In this document: in pieces, positions 26,364-40,432 of the stretch
How the letters are laid out: the number at the start of each line of letters is the position of its first letter
Position numbering within the stretch: the first letter of the stretch is position 1
Source: Podarcis liolepis
Lineage: Eukaryota
NCBI GenBank assembly: GCA_965112155.1
Contig: OZ218100.1
DNA length: 64,000 nucleotides
Strand: one strand, 5' to 3'
The notes under the pieces: generated by a model
Database searches by the model: none
Told to the model about the DNA's origin: nothing
What the model saw: only the letters and a program-made list of their open reading frames with translations
Translations under genes and position numbers: made by a program

Positions 26364-27006
26364 TGTGGGAATGTTAAGGAAGATAGGATATATTGTTTTG
26401 ATATAATCCCTCCTCAGTCACGCTAGTGAGTGAACAGAAGAGCACATTCCCTTTGCAATTTATTGGAAGCAAGTTGATGATTCATTGGAATCCTTTAATT
26501 AAGCCATCCAGTCTGGCTTGTCCAGTCTGGATTGTTTCTGGTAAGTTTCCCCTTTATTTCTCTATTAAAATAATAATAACACAACACAGTCTTCTTTAAA
26601 AGCAAGAAAAACGTTTTACTCACATTCAGTTCACAGCAGTAATCTGAAGGCAGGCTTTATCTTGTGGTTACAGTGAAAAGAAGTCTGAGCTACATCTCAG
26701 ACTTTCTGCTTGTGGGCTCCATCCTATGTGAAGGTTGAGTCATTCACTGGCTAAGAGCCAGGAGAGCAAGAGTCCAGAGTAAGCGTAAGAGAATAAGAGA
26801 GCCCAAGAGTAAGAGATGGCTGCATGGCCAGCCATTTTATCTGGTCAGCTAGGGTCACGCCCATCTACCTGGTCACATACAGGAGGAGGAAGCTCGAGAG
26901 CAGGTATGACAGGAAGTCCTCCCTGTCTGGAGCCATTCCCTGTGTGTCCATTCTAGGCAATAAGAAAAGGTTGTACTTGACTGCTCTAGTAATAATACAT
27001 CTCACA
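26364..27006 (-). mobile_element. Older solo LTR
   Basis: TGTGGGAATGT...ACATCTCACA inverted termini, TSD ATACC/ATAGC (4/5), AATAAA on the minus strand. Confidence 0.6.
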
Positions 27007-29263
27007 ATAGCTAGAGATGTTGTCAAAGTTCTTCCAAGGCACGTTCAGAAAACAACTCAAAGGAGAGGCTAGCTGTCCAAGCCCCAAAATTCTTCTCTGA
27101 CTCAGATTGAAATCCTCTGGAGAAGAATTGTTAACTTTTCATATGCAACATAATTATGTCATGTGCTCTGTTACATTGCTTAGGAGAAAAGAAATAAGTT
27201 GCAGGGTTGGGCTGTGTGTGCACATGTACACATGTACATATGTGTGAGGGCTGTTCGTGGTATGGTCTTCTCTCCTTGGTAGTTATTGCTGTTGCTATTT
27301 TGCCCCTTCAACCCTCCTTAATGTATCTCTATTTAGTGGATCTTGTTCCATTGTGTTGGTTAGGCACAGAATGAAGGGACTGTGTGGAAGATCATTTTCC
27401 TGAGCCACTTCAATTCCTGGGAAAAATATAACTCTAGAATCCTCCAACTCTTTTTTTAAAAAATCTTGACTCATTTTGGAGTTAAACTAAGTCACACTAG
27501 GAAGAGTTTGCCCATGTCTAATCAAAGGAAGGAGCTTTCATGTCACTTTCATTGGTGAAATGTTCTAGTGAAAGTTGTGCACCTCATTTCCAACAGTATG
27601 CCTTATCATAGTAATACAGTATGCTATTCACGAGGGATTAATAATTCCCATAAAGTCAGGGTTCAGTCAACTCTGGTGGAGGAACAGATTTCCTGTATAG
27701 TTTTTTTTTTTTTTTGGCAGTTCTATATTATTAAAGTTCATATTTTTCATGTATTATTTGAATCACACACATCAAAATAATGAAGTCCCCTCCTTTCAAA
27801 TCTCTGGCATTTGTTTTCAATAGCCTTGTTAGCAGATTAACTTTTAGAACCCATTCTGCTTCCAAGCAAAAGGGGCCAAGTACCCCACAACTCTGTATAA
27901 GTTAAGTGGAGTGAAAATTGAATCCCTGTGGATGAAACAATATCAGTTAACAGGCTTCACAACATGAAAAAACGTAGAGCTTTCATTAGGCACCGGCAGT
28001 GGTAGTGTGTAAATACAATATTGTAAAAGGCTTTGGGCTAAAAGTGAAAGCTAACAGTTCCCTAGTAGCAGAGGGAAGCAACAATTAGACCAAATTGGTT
28101 TAATTGCTGATTAATTAGCCTTTAACAGAACTGAGAATGCAAACTGATTTGGGGTTATTGTATTTGGAACTTGTTTTGGGGGGTGGGTACTGGTTGTTAA
28201 TATTAGCCACTGGCAAAAGAGCTTAGGAAACTCACAGTTCAGCAGCTTACACAAAAGGAACATTTCAAGTAAATTCTATATAACCTGAATTTATTTAAGT
28301 AATGGCTAGTAGAGCCAAACACAGACAAACCACAAACAAAACCTGGAAGTTCTCTTTCACTTGCCCCATTGAAAAGAATAGGCTGGGTATGCTATTTCAG
28401 GAGAAAGTATGCTGAAATGTGCTTCCTATCAACAAAACGTTAATCACTGCAATTTTTGGCAATGGTTTATGTACCACTTATGGCATGTCCCGAAAGCTAT
28501 AAGTTACAGTATCAGAACTGTTTCAATCCTTCTGAATTCCAGACATGTGAGTGGGTCCACAGGGCTAGCAGGGGTCAAGGTGAGATCACTTCACTTGCAT
28601 GTTAGCTTCCCGTAGTGAGCAAATAGGTGCCTGCATGCAGAAAAACATGTTATATTGGGCATACGTATCCTTTCCAAAAGGGCACCACTGGGCTGAGTTC
28701 TCCCCCTTTACCTAAGTAATATGTAAGAATATTTTCCCATACTGCCCCATATGCACCTTGTGTGCTTCCTTGCTCCAACTCCACCACCACCTGTTATTGG
28801 CAGGGACTGCCAATGTGTCTATGTCACAAAATCACAAAGATTTCCTACACAGTGGCTACCACATGTTAGTGCTATGTGAGTGAGCCTGGGGCTCGTGTGT
28901 TCTCTTTTCTTCCTCCTCCTCCTCCTCTTGTGTGGCTATGAGGAGATTAGCAGCTTGATTTAGCAGCTTGCTGTTTCCTCCAAAACAGGGGAAGCTGTGG
29001 TTAGGCCAAACTACTGTCTGTCCAAACAAGCCAATATTTAATGATGGTTTCTGCTCCTGACTTGTTCGGATAAACCATAGATAAAATTAACTGCCATTCG
29101 CAGCTGAGATGAAATGGCACACTGTGGTTAGTTGGAAATAGAAGTGAATGTCTCTGATCTCTTTCTTGCACTTGTACTGGAAGAGGAGGGATATAATGAA
29201 GCAGGTTTGTGCACGCGACATTAAACTATAGGTTTAGCATTACATCCCTGAATCAGCCATTAC

Positions 29264-29431
29264 CAGTGGCGTAGCGTGGGTTGTCAGCACCCGGGGCAAG
29301 GCAAGTAATTTGCACCCCCTAACCCATGGATTTGCGCCCCCTAACCCCTGGATTTGTGCCCCCTAACCCTACCCCCAGGTGTTGCACCCGGTGCAGCCGG
29401 CCCCCTCTGCACTCCCCACGCTACGCCACTG
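29264..29431 (+). mobile_element. hAT MITE (CAGTGGCGTAGCGTGGG family), 168 bp
   Basis: 17-bp TIR, perfect 8-bp TSD GCCATTAC, internal ~22-bp tandem units containing CCCCTAACCC. Confidence 0.92.
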
Positions 29432-31392
29432 GCCATTACGGAAGAAAATTTGACAAGGGAATATGGTTTTGACTGGCATCTGTGTTCAACTGAGAATATA
29501 TCCTTAGGGATAATGCATACACTCCTGACTGGTTGCTATTTTCACCCATGTAGCCTTACCCTAAAGCAGGGCACCCCAAAATTCTGAGTTCATTGATCCC
29601 TAAATAAGCTTGTAAAGTTGTTTTCAATCCCAAATACGGAAGTTCCTCATTTGCATTCTGTAAATGCCCATGGCACAAGTCCACACTTAAAAACTCTGCA
29701 TTCAAGCGGGTGGAGAGCTTGTTGTTGTTGTTGTTGTTTTTCCTTGGAACCTTCCCTGCTAAAACCCACTCTTGGCTCAATCGGAATAAATATCAATGTG
29801 GGTTTTCTGCAGATTGATGTGTGCTCCGATTGAGCTTTAAAGAGCAGGTTTTCATGGGGAAAGCTCCAGAGCAAAAATAACAACAACTAAAGGACACTCA
29901 GACACAGAACCCTTCATCTGCTAAAAGCCACCAAGCTAAAAGCACAGCTTGAGTGTTCAACCTCCCTCTAGCGTTATCCGATGTAGAAAAATATTGGCCT
30001 CTGTCAGAGAAAGTTGGAAATGTATTGATCAACAGGAGCAGCATATCATAGATGTTTGCTTCTGCCTGAAATCTTTCTAACAGATGCATCTCAATAAGTC
30101 ATGAACCTTTGTTTTAGATTTATCTCAGTAAGTATTCATTTGCAAATCTTTGCAGTGGTAATGCAGCAATCCAAGCAATTGAACAAATATTCTTTTCTTC
30201 AAGTGATCCTTACGTAGGTTTTTGTTTGTTCTTTTTACCACTCCCAAATCTGTAATTTGAATGTTAGAGATTACACTGTCTGAAATAAACATCTGATTTG
30301 AAACTGTCTTCCTACTTCTTTCCATCCTCCACAATACTCCCAAGCGGTGCATCCTTGGCTAAGAGGCATCTTAGCATCATCTCTGACAGTGCTCTAAGTG
30401 CCACATTGCAACTTTGGGGCCTTCTCACTGGGCTAGTTTGCATATTGCCATCCTTGTGTTATATCTGCATGTATTTTGTGACATGAGAGTGATTCTCAAG
30501 TGTACATCTGTGTCTTTAAAATTCAGCATGAGTACTCTCCCACAGTCTGTAACTATGACAGCAAAATGCTTTCTGATTATATATACAGATGAGTTTTGGG
30601 TTTGTTTTTTTTAAACCACCAGAATATAAAGGCATCAGAGTTTTATACCTAGAGACACAGACTGGCATCTTTTCACCCACCGTCATTGTGGTATTGCTTT
30701 ATTATTGCATCCCCATAGTTTCAACACATAACACAAATATCTCAAAAATTGCAAAATAAAACTTGCTCAGTAGACTGGCTCAGCAGCAGAAATCAAATAT
30801 CGGGAAGCAACTGGATGGCATATCAGAGAAGAAATGCAGAATTTAATCACAACAGTTTGGGGAGGAGAGAAACCCTTTAGCTTTTAAAATGTCATCAGAA
30901 TGTGGTAGAGCAGTTCAGATGTGGATTTTGAAAATTAATGCATAATTGGAAATCTGCATATTATCTATCTGTAGCATTTTACCCCATTCTTCTGCCAAAG
31001 GGGCTCCCACAGGAGTTTACAAAGAACAATAATAAAACAGTCTCTGCCTTCAGGCTTAATTGTGTTATTAAAAGACACAACACAAAAAGAAAAGAGATAG
31101 AAAGGGAGAAGGTGGAAAGCAAGCTTACTAGTTACCAGGCTCTTATACTGACCAGCTGGAATGAAAATAGTTCAAGGAGTACAGCCAAAAATTGCTGGTT
31201 GCTGAGATGATGGAGTGGCCTTATTTCCTCCTTTTCCCTTTGGTGCAGCCTGATGGAATAGTGGCTGCCAGGTGATAGTTGATAGAGGAAGGAACCTAAT
31301 AAAGTTGGCTTCTCAGTGGGGTTAATGGAGTGGTCCCACCTCTTTCCTCTCTTGCACCCCAACAGAATGGCTGTTGCAAGATGACAGGACAG

Positions 31393-31450
31393 AGGAAGGA
31401 AGGAAGGAAGGAAGGAAGGAAGGAAGGAAGGAAGGAAGGAAGGAAGGAAG
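31393..31450. repeat. (GGAA)n microsatellite
   Basis: About 14 tandem units. Confidence 0.95.
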
Positions 31451-31715
31451 AGGGTGCTTGATGGAGCTGACTTGTCAGCAGAGCTGACTGATCAGTCCAA
31501 ATTCTCATGTCTCCCTCTGCTTTGCATCACACCTTGTGTTTCAAATTATAACTTGAATTGATGTTTCCGCCACCATCCAAATTTGTTCAGAAAAAATAAG
31601 AATGAGCAGCTACAGCTTCAGACTGAGTCATACCCTACAGACAGCATAGCTTTGGTTGGATAATGATCCTAATGTTTTAAGGAAGGATACATCTTAACTC
31701 CAAATCAAAGGTAGC

Positions 31716-32100
31716 TGTTGTTGGAATCCATCTGTGTCAAGAGACAACTGAGTGCACCTCTGGGGGTGAAGTCAAACCACTGCATTAGCAGCACTGAAGT
31801 CACCTCCCTGGGGCTCAAGCCTGGGCAGACCTTATGGAGGTCCTGGACTGCACAGATATCAAGACCACTGCACCTTGTCCTCACTGATATGGTCCAAAGG
31901 AAAGCAGAGCAATACGTTTGGCACCAGCTTGGCTGCAGGAGTTACCAGAAGAAAACATACAAGATGACACCCACCCATCTTAGGGACTTGACTCCAAATT
32001 TGTCTAGGTTTTACCTCTTAGCCTTTTCTTCTCCCAGTGATATCCTGCAAGGCAGCAGTGGTTAAGGATCAGAGTTTTCCTTCTCCTGGATGACCCTACC
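31716..32100 (-). mobile_element. Probable non-autonomous RTE-type retroelement, degraded
   Basis: Minus strand begins ...CCAGGAGAAGGAAAACTCTGATCC, which resembles RTE 5' UTRs from memory, and ends in a (CAA)-like tail. Confidence 0.45.
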
Positions 32101-34382
32101 ATGTTACTTGCTAATAATTATGACATCCTGCAGAACTTTGGTTGTGAAACTTTCCAGGTCTTTGAAATTACTACAACTGAAGGAGAGTCCAGATGTCTGG
32201 AGGAGAACATCCATTTTGTGTGTGTGGAGTTTCAGTATCAGTTTTATTGTACTGAGATTCTAAAAGGGACTCTAGTCTGCCCAACATTTTTGCACATGAA
32301 TAAGAATATTTTCTAGGAATCACTTGATTGTGCATAATCACAAGTCAGTGACTGCTTTCTGCCAAGCCACTTGTAAAAATGACAAGATTTGAAAAGCTGT
32401 TTTAAACCAGTTCTTATGCCTGATAGGTGCTCTGTGTAATCAAACTGTATTTTTTTTTAATCCTCTTTTTTCTGGAAAGAAAGCTTTGGGTTGGTGTTCC
32501 TAGTAACTGGAAAGGTCAGCATATTTATAGATTTTAAATAGGGAGTTAGGGACATAAAAGAAATGTTTACTACGACGAATAGTCATGGAACCCCATGATG
32601 CTATTTCCAAGGCACTTTCCCAAGAAGAAGGACCCTTTAAATCCCTGCCAGGGCTCTCATCTGCATTTAGATTCTTTTCTGTCAAAGGGTAATTTCATAA
32701 TCACAGCGAAGCACTTCGCAGCATGTAGAGTTTCTGTTCATGTGTTGCTATTTCTTTTTAAGTGGAATTCAGTGATTACTTAGAGGTGCCTTGATTTATA
32801 AGGATTCTCTTTCAAATGGTGATGGTTGCATCTGTTTTTTGGCAGCCAAAACTGAATACCTTGGCCTGTTTCAACACTACCCTCTGCTGAACATATGAAA
32901 CAGCATGGTGGAAGTATGCTGTGAAGCTCACCCCTTCCAGTTTCCAGTGGGAATTGGGCTCTCCCAGGCAAGTGGCTGCTTATGTGCAGCCCATGAGACC
33001 CACATAACTATTAATAACAGTGATCCGTACGGCTGCATCCATCATTATCTCCTTCTTGTGTTCAGAAATACATATAGATCCAAGCAAGAGATCTACAGTT
33101 GCTCCTGAAGGACCTTCCTGATTAGCTATATGTGTACACCATGCTTGGATCTATTCATTTATAACATTGCAATGCATTCTGTGGCCATTTCTCTAGTCAT
33201 TTTTTTTTAAAGAAAAAAGATGTGAAGTAAGAATTGTGAAATGTAGTAAAGTCAGGACTGACCTACTACATTTTGCTGCTGGAGGTTTTCAGATGTTGCT
33301 GGACTACAACTCCCATCATCCTTGATCATTAACCATGCTAGCAGGGGCTGATGGGAGATGGAATTCAACAACATCTGGACAGCCATGGGTTCCTAACCCT
33401 TTAATTGATTGATTGACCCATCAATCTTCCTTTGTCCCGTCCTTCTGTATTCCTGATTAAAGAAACTTCCACCTTATTTCTTTGCCACTGAGTTTTAATT
33501 TCTCACTAATATCAAATGCTTGAGGGCACAAAGCTATCCCCAAAAGAGGCAGGCTGAGTTGATGCCAAAAGATTAAAGTGAAGGTGAAAGCCTTATATCA
33601 GGCCAATTCCATTAATGTCCCTTGATAATAGCATCTCGAGGCCAAGATCCAGGCATGCCAAATTTCAAATAAAAAATAGTTGTGCCCCCTTTATTGAAAT
33701 ATTAATCTTGATAGTCCCCTTATCATATCACTTTTGAAAGCAATATCCAGAAGTACAATATCCATATACATTTAATCTTTGTTTTATAAGTTGATAAAAT
33801 ATGAAGCTAAACTATAAAGACATTAAAATTAGCATATTTATTGCCATTTTTATGAGACACGCTGCTGCAAAACACATAAAATCCTCTAGGATAAATCTAC
33901 ATCTGGCGCTGTCTCAATAACTGTTAAATTTACAGTGGCACAGTATTTACACAGGATCTCTCTTTTAAAGAAAGACTTGAATTGTAGAGATGTTCTACAT
34001 GATTTTTATCTCATCATTTGATGCTAAGAGTTACTGCTACAAGGTGAAAATATGATCTGGGTGTGCTCTCAAAGACTATTATTTTTGGGACATGATAGAT
34101 GAAGCCTTACAGTTAATTCTCTACTTTATTTAATTTTTTATATATATAATCTGAGTGTCCCTTTGACTGGCCCCAGCTAGCACACATCATATAGTTCTCA
34201 TAACTTATTTACAATAGTTTTGATTGATTTCTCCACTCCAGATCTCCTTGGACTTGCTCATAACATACTGCCTCTGACATCATGGCCAGTAACCCTATCT
34301 GCCTGTGACTGGCACTTGCGACAGAACAGTTTGTTGTGCTGGTAATACCATGGTGGGCCACCAAGAAGCGTCTCCTAGTCCA

Positions 34383-34592
34383 TTTATTTATTATTTTCCT
34401 TGTTGCATTAATATCCCACCTTTTTCTCCAAGGAGCTCAAAGTGGCACACATGGTTTTCCCTCCTGTGATGTAGTTTAGGCTGAGAGACAGTGCATGGCC
34501 TGGGGTCACACAGTGAGCTTTATGGCCAAGTGGATATTTGAACCCTGATCTCCCAGGTCCTAGTCAAACACTCTGATCACTGCACCACACTG
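34383..34592 (-). mobile_element. Old MIR/CORE-type SINE
   Basis: Reverse complement has CAGTGTGGTGCAGTG head, GGGTTCAAAT B box, GTGACCCCAGGCCA CORE and an L2-like tail. Confidence 0.7.
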
Positions 34593-34688
34593 ACGCTGCC
34601 TGGGATTCCCAAATAATTTGCTGGTAGCTGAACTCAAAATATAAAGCATGGTGAAAGAATGTTGATTCAGCTAAGATGGAATGAAGTA

Positions 34689-34929
34689 CAGTGGAACCTT
34701 GGTTCTTGAACGGCTTAGTTGATGAACAAATCGGAACCTGAATGTTGCAAACCCGGAAGTAAATGCTTTGGTTTGGAAACTTTTTTTGGAAGCCGAACAT
34801 CTGATGCTGTTGTCAGTTATTGTTTCCAGGGCATCTGCACCAGTCAGAAGCCGCACCTTGGTTTTTGAACGTTTTGGAAGTCAAACAGACTTCTGGAATG
34901 GATTACATTCAAGAACCAAGGTACCACTG
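34689..34929. mobile_element. Tc1/mariner MITE, related family B
   Basis: TIR CAGTGG(A/T)ACCTTGGTTCTTGAA, TA on both sides, different body from family A. Confidence 0.85.
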
Positions 34930-37219
34930 TATAGCAAACATTCAAAGATTATCCAAGCTATATGAAGCAAAATGGCAGCAATTGATGGGCTATTGTTATA
35001 AGTGAAATGACCTGGAAATTTGCTAGTGTATGTAGGCTGGCATGCCATTTTCAAATAATACTTCATACATATGATGAAGTAGGCTCTATTATAATAAATG
35101 TGTTGATCTTGAAGGTGTTACAAAACAGTCTGCCATTTGGGAAATGCTAACAACCAAGGAAAATACTAACAACTTTGTAGATATGTGTTTTCAAATGCTT
35201 GGCTATAGAACTGGGGCTGTAATCTACGAACCAATTAAGGATTACTTGGATTTAATCCTGTTTAACACTGTGGTCTTCTGGCTTGTTGACATGGTAATTA
35301 TCCATATATATCACATTAATTTGTGTTGGTTTCTGATTTATTTATATGATCAAATGCTTAAGTCTTTTGAGCAATGAGTCCCTGGGTAATTAAGGCTCTT
35401 CACTCTTCTTTAATGTATCTTGTAATAAGTAACTAGGTAAACAAGGATATGACAATTATCTCTGGTATGCAGAGTTCAGAACGTTTTGCTAGTGCACTGT
35501 AACCTGAAAGTTACTCAAGATGAACTACTGAGTGTCAGGAAGCCTTGAAATTCCTTATCTGATTAGACAAGAGTTATGGTTCACGGCAATGACCCTGAAT
35601 TAACAAAAGCTGGAATAATCTGCAAACATGTAAACATAGCATTTGACCACTGAAAGTTGATGGGACCGACAGAAATGAAAGTATACTTGGTATAAATTGG
35701 TTCATAGCATCCTCTTGTTTAAACATGCAGGTTTCCAAATGTGTTATTGCCACACTTAATGGCAAGAGGGCTTGTACAGCATAGCTGTCCTATAGTGACT
35801 GGTGCATGTGATCACTCTAAAATGCTCCTCTTAAAAACTTGTAGAGAATCACAGCTGGGTCCCTCTTAAGAAAACGGATACATCATAATTATACTAAATG
35901 TATATCAAAATTTGCAAGAAAATGACAGCATTACATATTCTGTAAATCCTGGGGCTTGAGGAGTTGGATCAGCTGTTTTAACACTCATCAGGCTAACTCA
36001 TAAATTTTGTTTCTAGACAGCTGTTTTGTATTTCTTATATAGGGGATCAGCTTTTCCAAGGCTTCCCAGTGCACAGAATGTTGAAGTTGTAGCTACTCAT
36101 GTTGAAAAACATCATTTCTTGTTTAGATTGGGTTGGAGCTAAAATGATTTTAAAAATCTGGGTCAGCTCGTCCTCTGTCATGTCACTTCCAGAGTGGGGA
36201 TGGGGAATCTGTGGCCTTACAACCAGACTACACCTCCCATCATCCATGACCGTTGACATTGCAGGCTGGGGCTGATAGGAGATAGTGGGGGTAGTAGAAT
36301 CACTTGAATAAAGCAGAGTCCTGAGGGGGGGAAATCCTGGTAACACTTGATGTAGCAAAACTGAATAAAACCAGTGTATAATTTGAGGAGAAAGTAACAA
36401 AAGGATCTTGACTTTCTCAGCTCAGGCCTTGTACTCATCAGAGAGACAATTCAACTAGACATACTGAAGAGAATTCCCTCAGTACTAACCAGCCAATCAG
36501 AACTTGAATTACCTCAGCAAGGATCATGATAATCCGAATGGTCACTAAGCAGCACCTCCATCACCACCCACAATTAAGCTTTAAGGTACTAACCTATTAA
36601 TCCCTGCTATTGTACTATCAACAGTTAGAGACCATCAACACTTGTCCATTCCAGCTCAGGGGATCGGCTGGATCAAAGCCTGTGTTTATAATCCCCATAA
36701 TATGCATTTTAGCTCATTACAGCCATTATCTAAAGCTATGGCTGATGAGTGTAGCAGGGGGATAAATTTGGCTAGCCTTGGCTGATTTGTCCTCTCAGGA
36801 AATAGGTTGCAGTAACCTGAATATTAACACTGCAACACATTGACACATATTGGAAAGAGCAGTAGTTTTAATACAGTGATATGTCTTTCTAATGGAACCT
36901 GTGAATACACTGCTTCTCAATAGCCACTGGGATAATATGTGCTGGCCTTAGTGCTAATTAGATAGTGCGGGCTACCAAAAAACCCTTATCCATGTAAAAT
37001 CCCTTTCCTACCTAGCTGGCATGATATTAAAAAGTCCTTCCCCTGTGTGTCAGCACATATGCTTGCAGCTTTTGTGCACCGGCGATCCTGTAAGCGGCGG
37101 ACAGGTGTAAGGAATAATAAGCACTGAAACAGGGTTATGTTGACTACATAGAAGAGTCATGGTCATGTCCTTAGATGTGGGCTATTTTAAAATAGGACAG
37201 CTGGGTCAACATAAGATAC

Positions 37220-37732
37220 TGTTACAAAAGTCGGGTGCCCGCCCCTCTCTCTGCTGAACGGTAGCAAGAGCCCATGGGGTCCCACATACACGGTCTGTGT
37301 TCCTTTGGAGAATTGAAGACATGGCAGAGACTGTTGTGGCTTTAAGAAATATGGATTATATTCACCTATTTACACCTTCAGTCTGCATGGAGGGAGTCGA
37401 GATCTTACAGCATGGTCCTTTCAAGAGGGGTTAGTACCCCACAGCAATGCAGGCAGCCTCCAGCCAGCCTGCCCAAGATGGATCTCAGATCTTCTTCCTC
37501 CTTCTTCTTCCCAGCCACCCTTGCTCCCTGGCAACCTTCCAAACCCCCAGTCTCTGTTCACACCTCAGGGCAATAGGGGAAGGAGTTATCTTGTATTTTT
37601 TTCTTGATGGCTGTAGCTTAGCCACAGGAATTCCTGTGCAGCTTGCATTCTCCCTTCATGTCCCAAATAATCAAAATCCTAGCATTTATTAATTTCTAGG
37701 GTTTAGGGGGTCCCCCCCTTAAATCTATAACA
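37220..37732. mobile_element. Possible old solo LTR
   Basis: TGTTA...TAACA termini and a compositional shift; no clean TSD. Confidence 0.35.
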
Positions 37733-39970
37733 CCACTGATTACTTATTTCTTGCCCTTTTAAAATTATGGGATGAAACCCTAAAACTGTACCATTTCATG
37801 GCCTTCAGGTTCATTAATCTAGCTCTGGTTTTTCAGGGAGCGTCGTTAAGTCATTGTTCTTGAATATCTCATTGCTTGTTTAATATTTCAATTAATGATT
37901 CTGAAAGGGGACATCTCCAGTAAGAATCTGGAGGTGGCACATAGGTTTCTCTTTACCAGATTTGTGCAGGCATATGGAAGCAAAGCATTCTTAAATGAAC
38001 TTTTTAAAAAAATCCCTATATGACTTTGGTAATTTTAGACTTGAGGTACAGTGAGGTAGGCCCTCTTTAAATGGCCATGCATATTACTTCATTGACTTCA
38101 AAGTGTGTTGTGTTGTGAGCAGTCCTCCTGCTCATTCTGTTGTGTGGGGCCTGAGACTTCTACTCCAAGTCCTCAAGTCCTGCCCTAAAGGTACCACTGA
38201 TGGCATTCACTGCCTCCAGATTTGTTATCGAGGGTCTGGTTGGTTGGTGACTCACTTGTTATCAAAACCAAATGAGATGTCAGGAAACCCACTACTGATC
38301 TCCCGTGATATTTTAAAAATGGGGAAGCACTTTGGGTGCAGAGTGCTGTCCCTCAGAGTTAGACTCGGGTTGTTGCACTTCATAATGTTTCTTTAACCCT
38401 TTCCACACACTGTACTCTGAATTGCTCTTCTTTAAAGATAGCATCCACTATGTGGGGCTGAACATGTAATACCCCCAAAGAGAAAATGCCACCTCTGGAA
38501 CAGCTGCAGTTCAGATGAGGAAAAATCACTTTCACTATGCTATGTCCCTTCCTGTATAGCGGAAAGATCAGGTGTTTTGTTGCAACTAATTGTAGACTGC
38601 TTGGGGGTGGTCAGCTGTTTTGACCAGAAAAACAAGTCATAGGGTAGAACAACCTTTGCCAACAGGTACCTTCCAGATATTTTGGACTACAATTCCCATC
38701 TTGATGATGGGAGCTGTGGTTCAAGTAATCCAGAGGGCACCAGGTTGGCAAAGACTGAGTTAAAGTTAGCCACCCCTTCCCTCCCTCTGCTCCTGAGCTC
38801 TTCCCTTTCAGTGTACCACAGTCACAACCAGTCTCTTGAAGCTGCTATTCAGTAGCAAAATCAATTGAAACGTCAATCAACTCATGTGTAATGTGTAGTT
38901 TGCTCCTCCAAAATACATTTTGTGATGAAAGAAGCTGGTTGTACTGAAAGAGACTTGGAACCATCTGTGCTTTTGTTGCATATGGTACAGTACATGCAGT
39001 GATTCAGAGTCACAACCTGATGAGCCAATAGTGCAATTTCTATAAGGGTGCTTCATTTACAGTTAAGCCAGAAGGCTCACCTTTTCAATATGCACTGTTT
39101 GCATACTGATCATCTTGCACAGAGATTATGATCTGGGATTATCTACCCTACACTGTTAGCACCAGTAATACAAAGAAGGTGGAAATATCTGCTTTTGAAA
39201 TCTGTTTCCTGGGGGCTCTTCTGCATCATTATTGCTAAAATATGCATCCATGCTAGATGTTTGGATAAGCAGCAATTTGATTACAGATAATTCTGGCTCT
39301 GAAGCAAACCTTACATTTGTATTATTTCAAAGAGTGTTCTATAACTTTCTCTCTCTCACACACACACATTCCTTTGAGGCGTGTGCAGTCATTTCCTCAG
39401 ATTCAGTTTACTGTCACTAGCTGAGCATCTGGTTCCAGGATTTTAGGCCCACCAGACACATTTTTTTACAAGAAATAAATAAACACATTGAGCACATGAG
39501 AGTTTACTAAGGGTATTGCTGTCTTGCTTTAGGGAAGCACCAGATGGACGTGGCAAAACACATACACAGAAATGTACAGGAGGGTTATGATGCAGAAGAG
39601 CTCTGCTTGTAGTTTGCAATCAAAACAAAACTGGATATATCCTATCTCTTTTAAATCTTTTCTATTGAACCTGTCTGGCTGTACATTTCATATCTTGGAG
39701 CAGGATAGAGACCTATGAAGATGTCACCAGAATGGTTTGCAAAGGCTCCATTATTGCACATGGTTGCACATGCAGAAGCCAGGAATTATAGGTCAAAATG
39801 GAAGAGACTCAGTAAGTGAGGTCTAATACTCGGCTCTGATACTCACTGCCAATAGCCTCCCAGCCTCTGACATTTGTATTGAAGTTCAAAGAAGAAAGCG
39901 ATAAAAGACTCTGCATTACCCATAGGATTAATATTCTATTGCTGTATCAAATTGGTTCTTTTTATAAGAC

Positions 39971-40034
39971 TATGTATGTATGTATGTATCAATCAATCAA
40001 TCAATCAGTCAATCAATCAATAGCTAGCTAGCTA
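39971..40034. repeat. Compound microsatellite (TATG)n(TCAA)n(TAGC)n
   Basis: Direct reading. Confidence 0.9.
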
Positions 40035-40432
40035 TCCTACTCACTTTATTTGCAGGCAAACAAAACAGTTTGTTTATTCCTGGGATAACTCAGATAGAAA
40101 GTGAAATATATTGGAAAGAATAGCCCTAGGGTGTAATCTTCTTCAGTCCGTAATACCAAGCTATCTTTTTAATCCCACAAGGGTAATGTTACTAGGCCAA
40201 TTGGAAGAAGAAGAAAAAGAGGAGGAGGAGGAGGAGGAGGAAGAAACACCCCTTCTAACAAGGTAGTGAAGTGGTGTCAGGACTGGAAAGAGAAGCCCCA
40301 TCATCTGCATACTAGTAACTTTGTAATGCATTTGTTTGGCTTGAATTATAATCCACACTTCCCAAGTAGTGCATACTAAGACTGCTCTCGACAATTTACC
40401 CAGGGTTAACTGCCACTGAATTTGGCAGGGCT

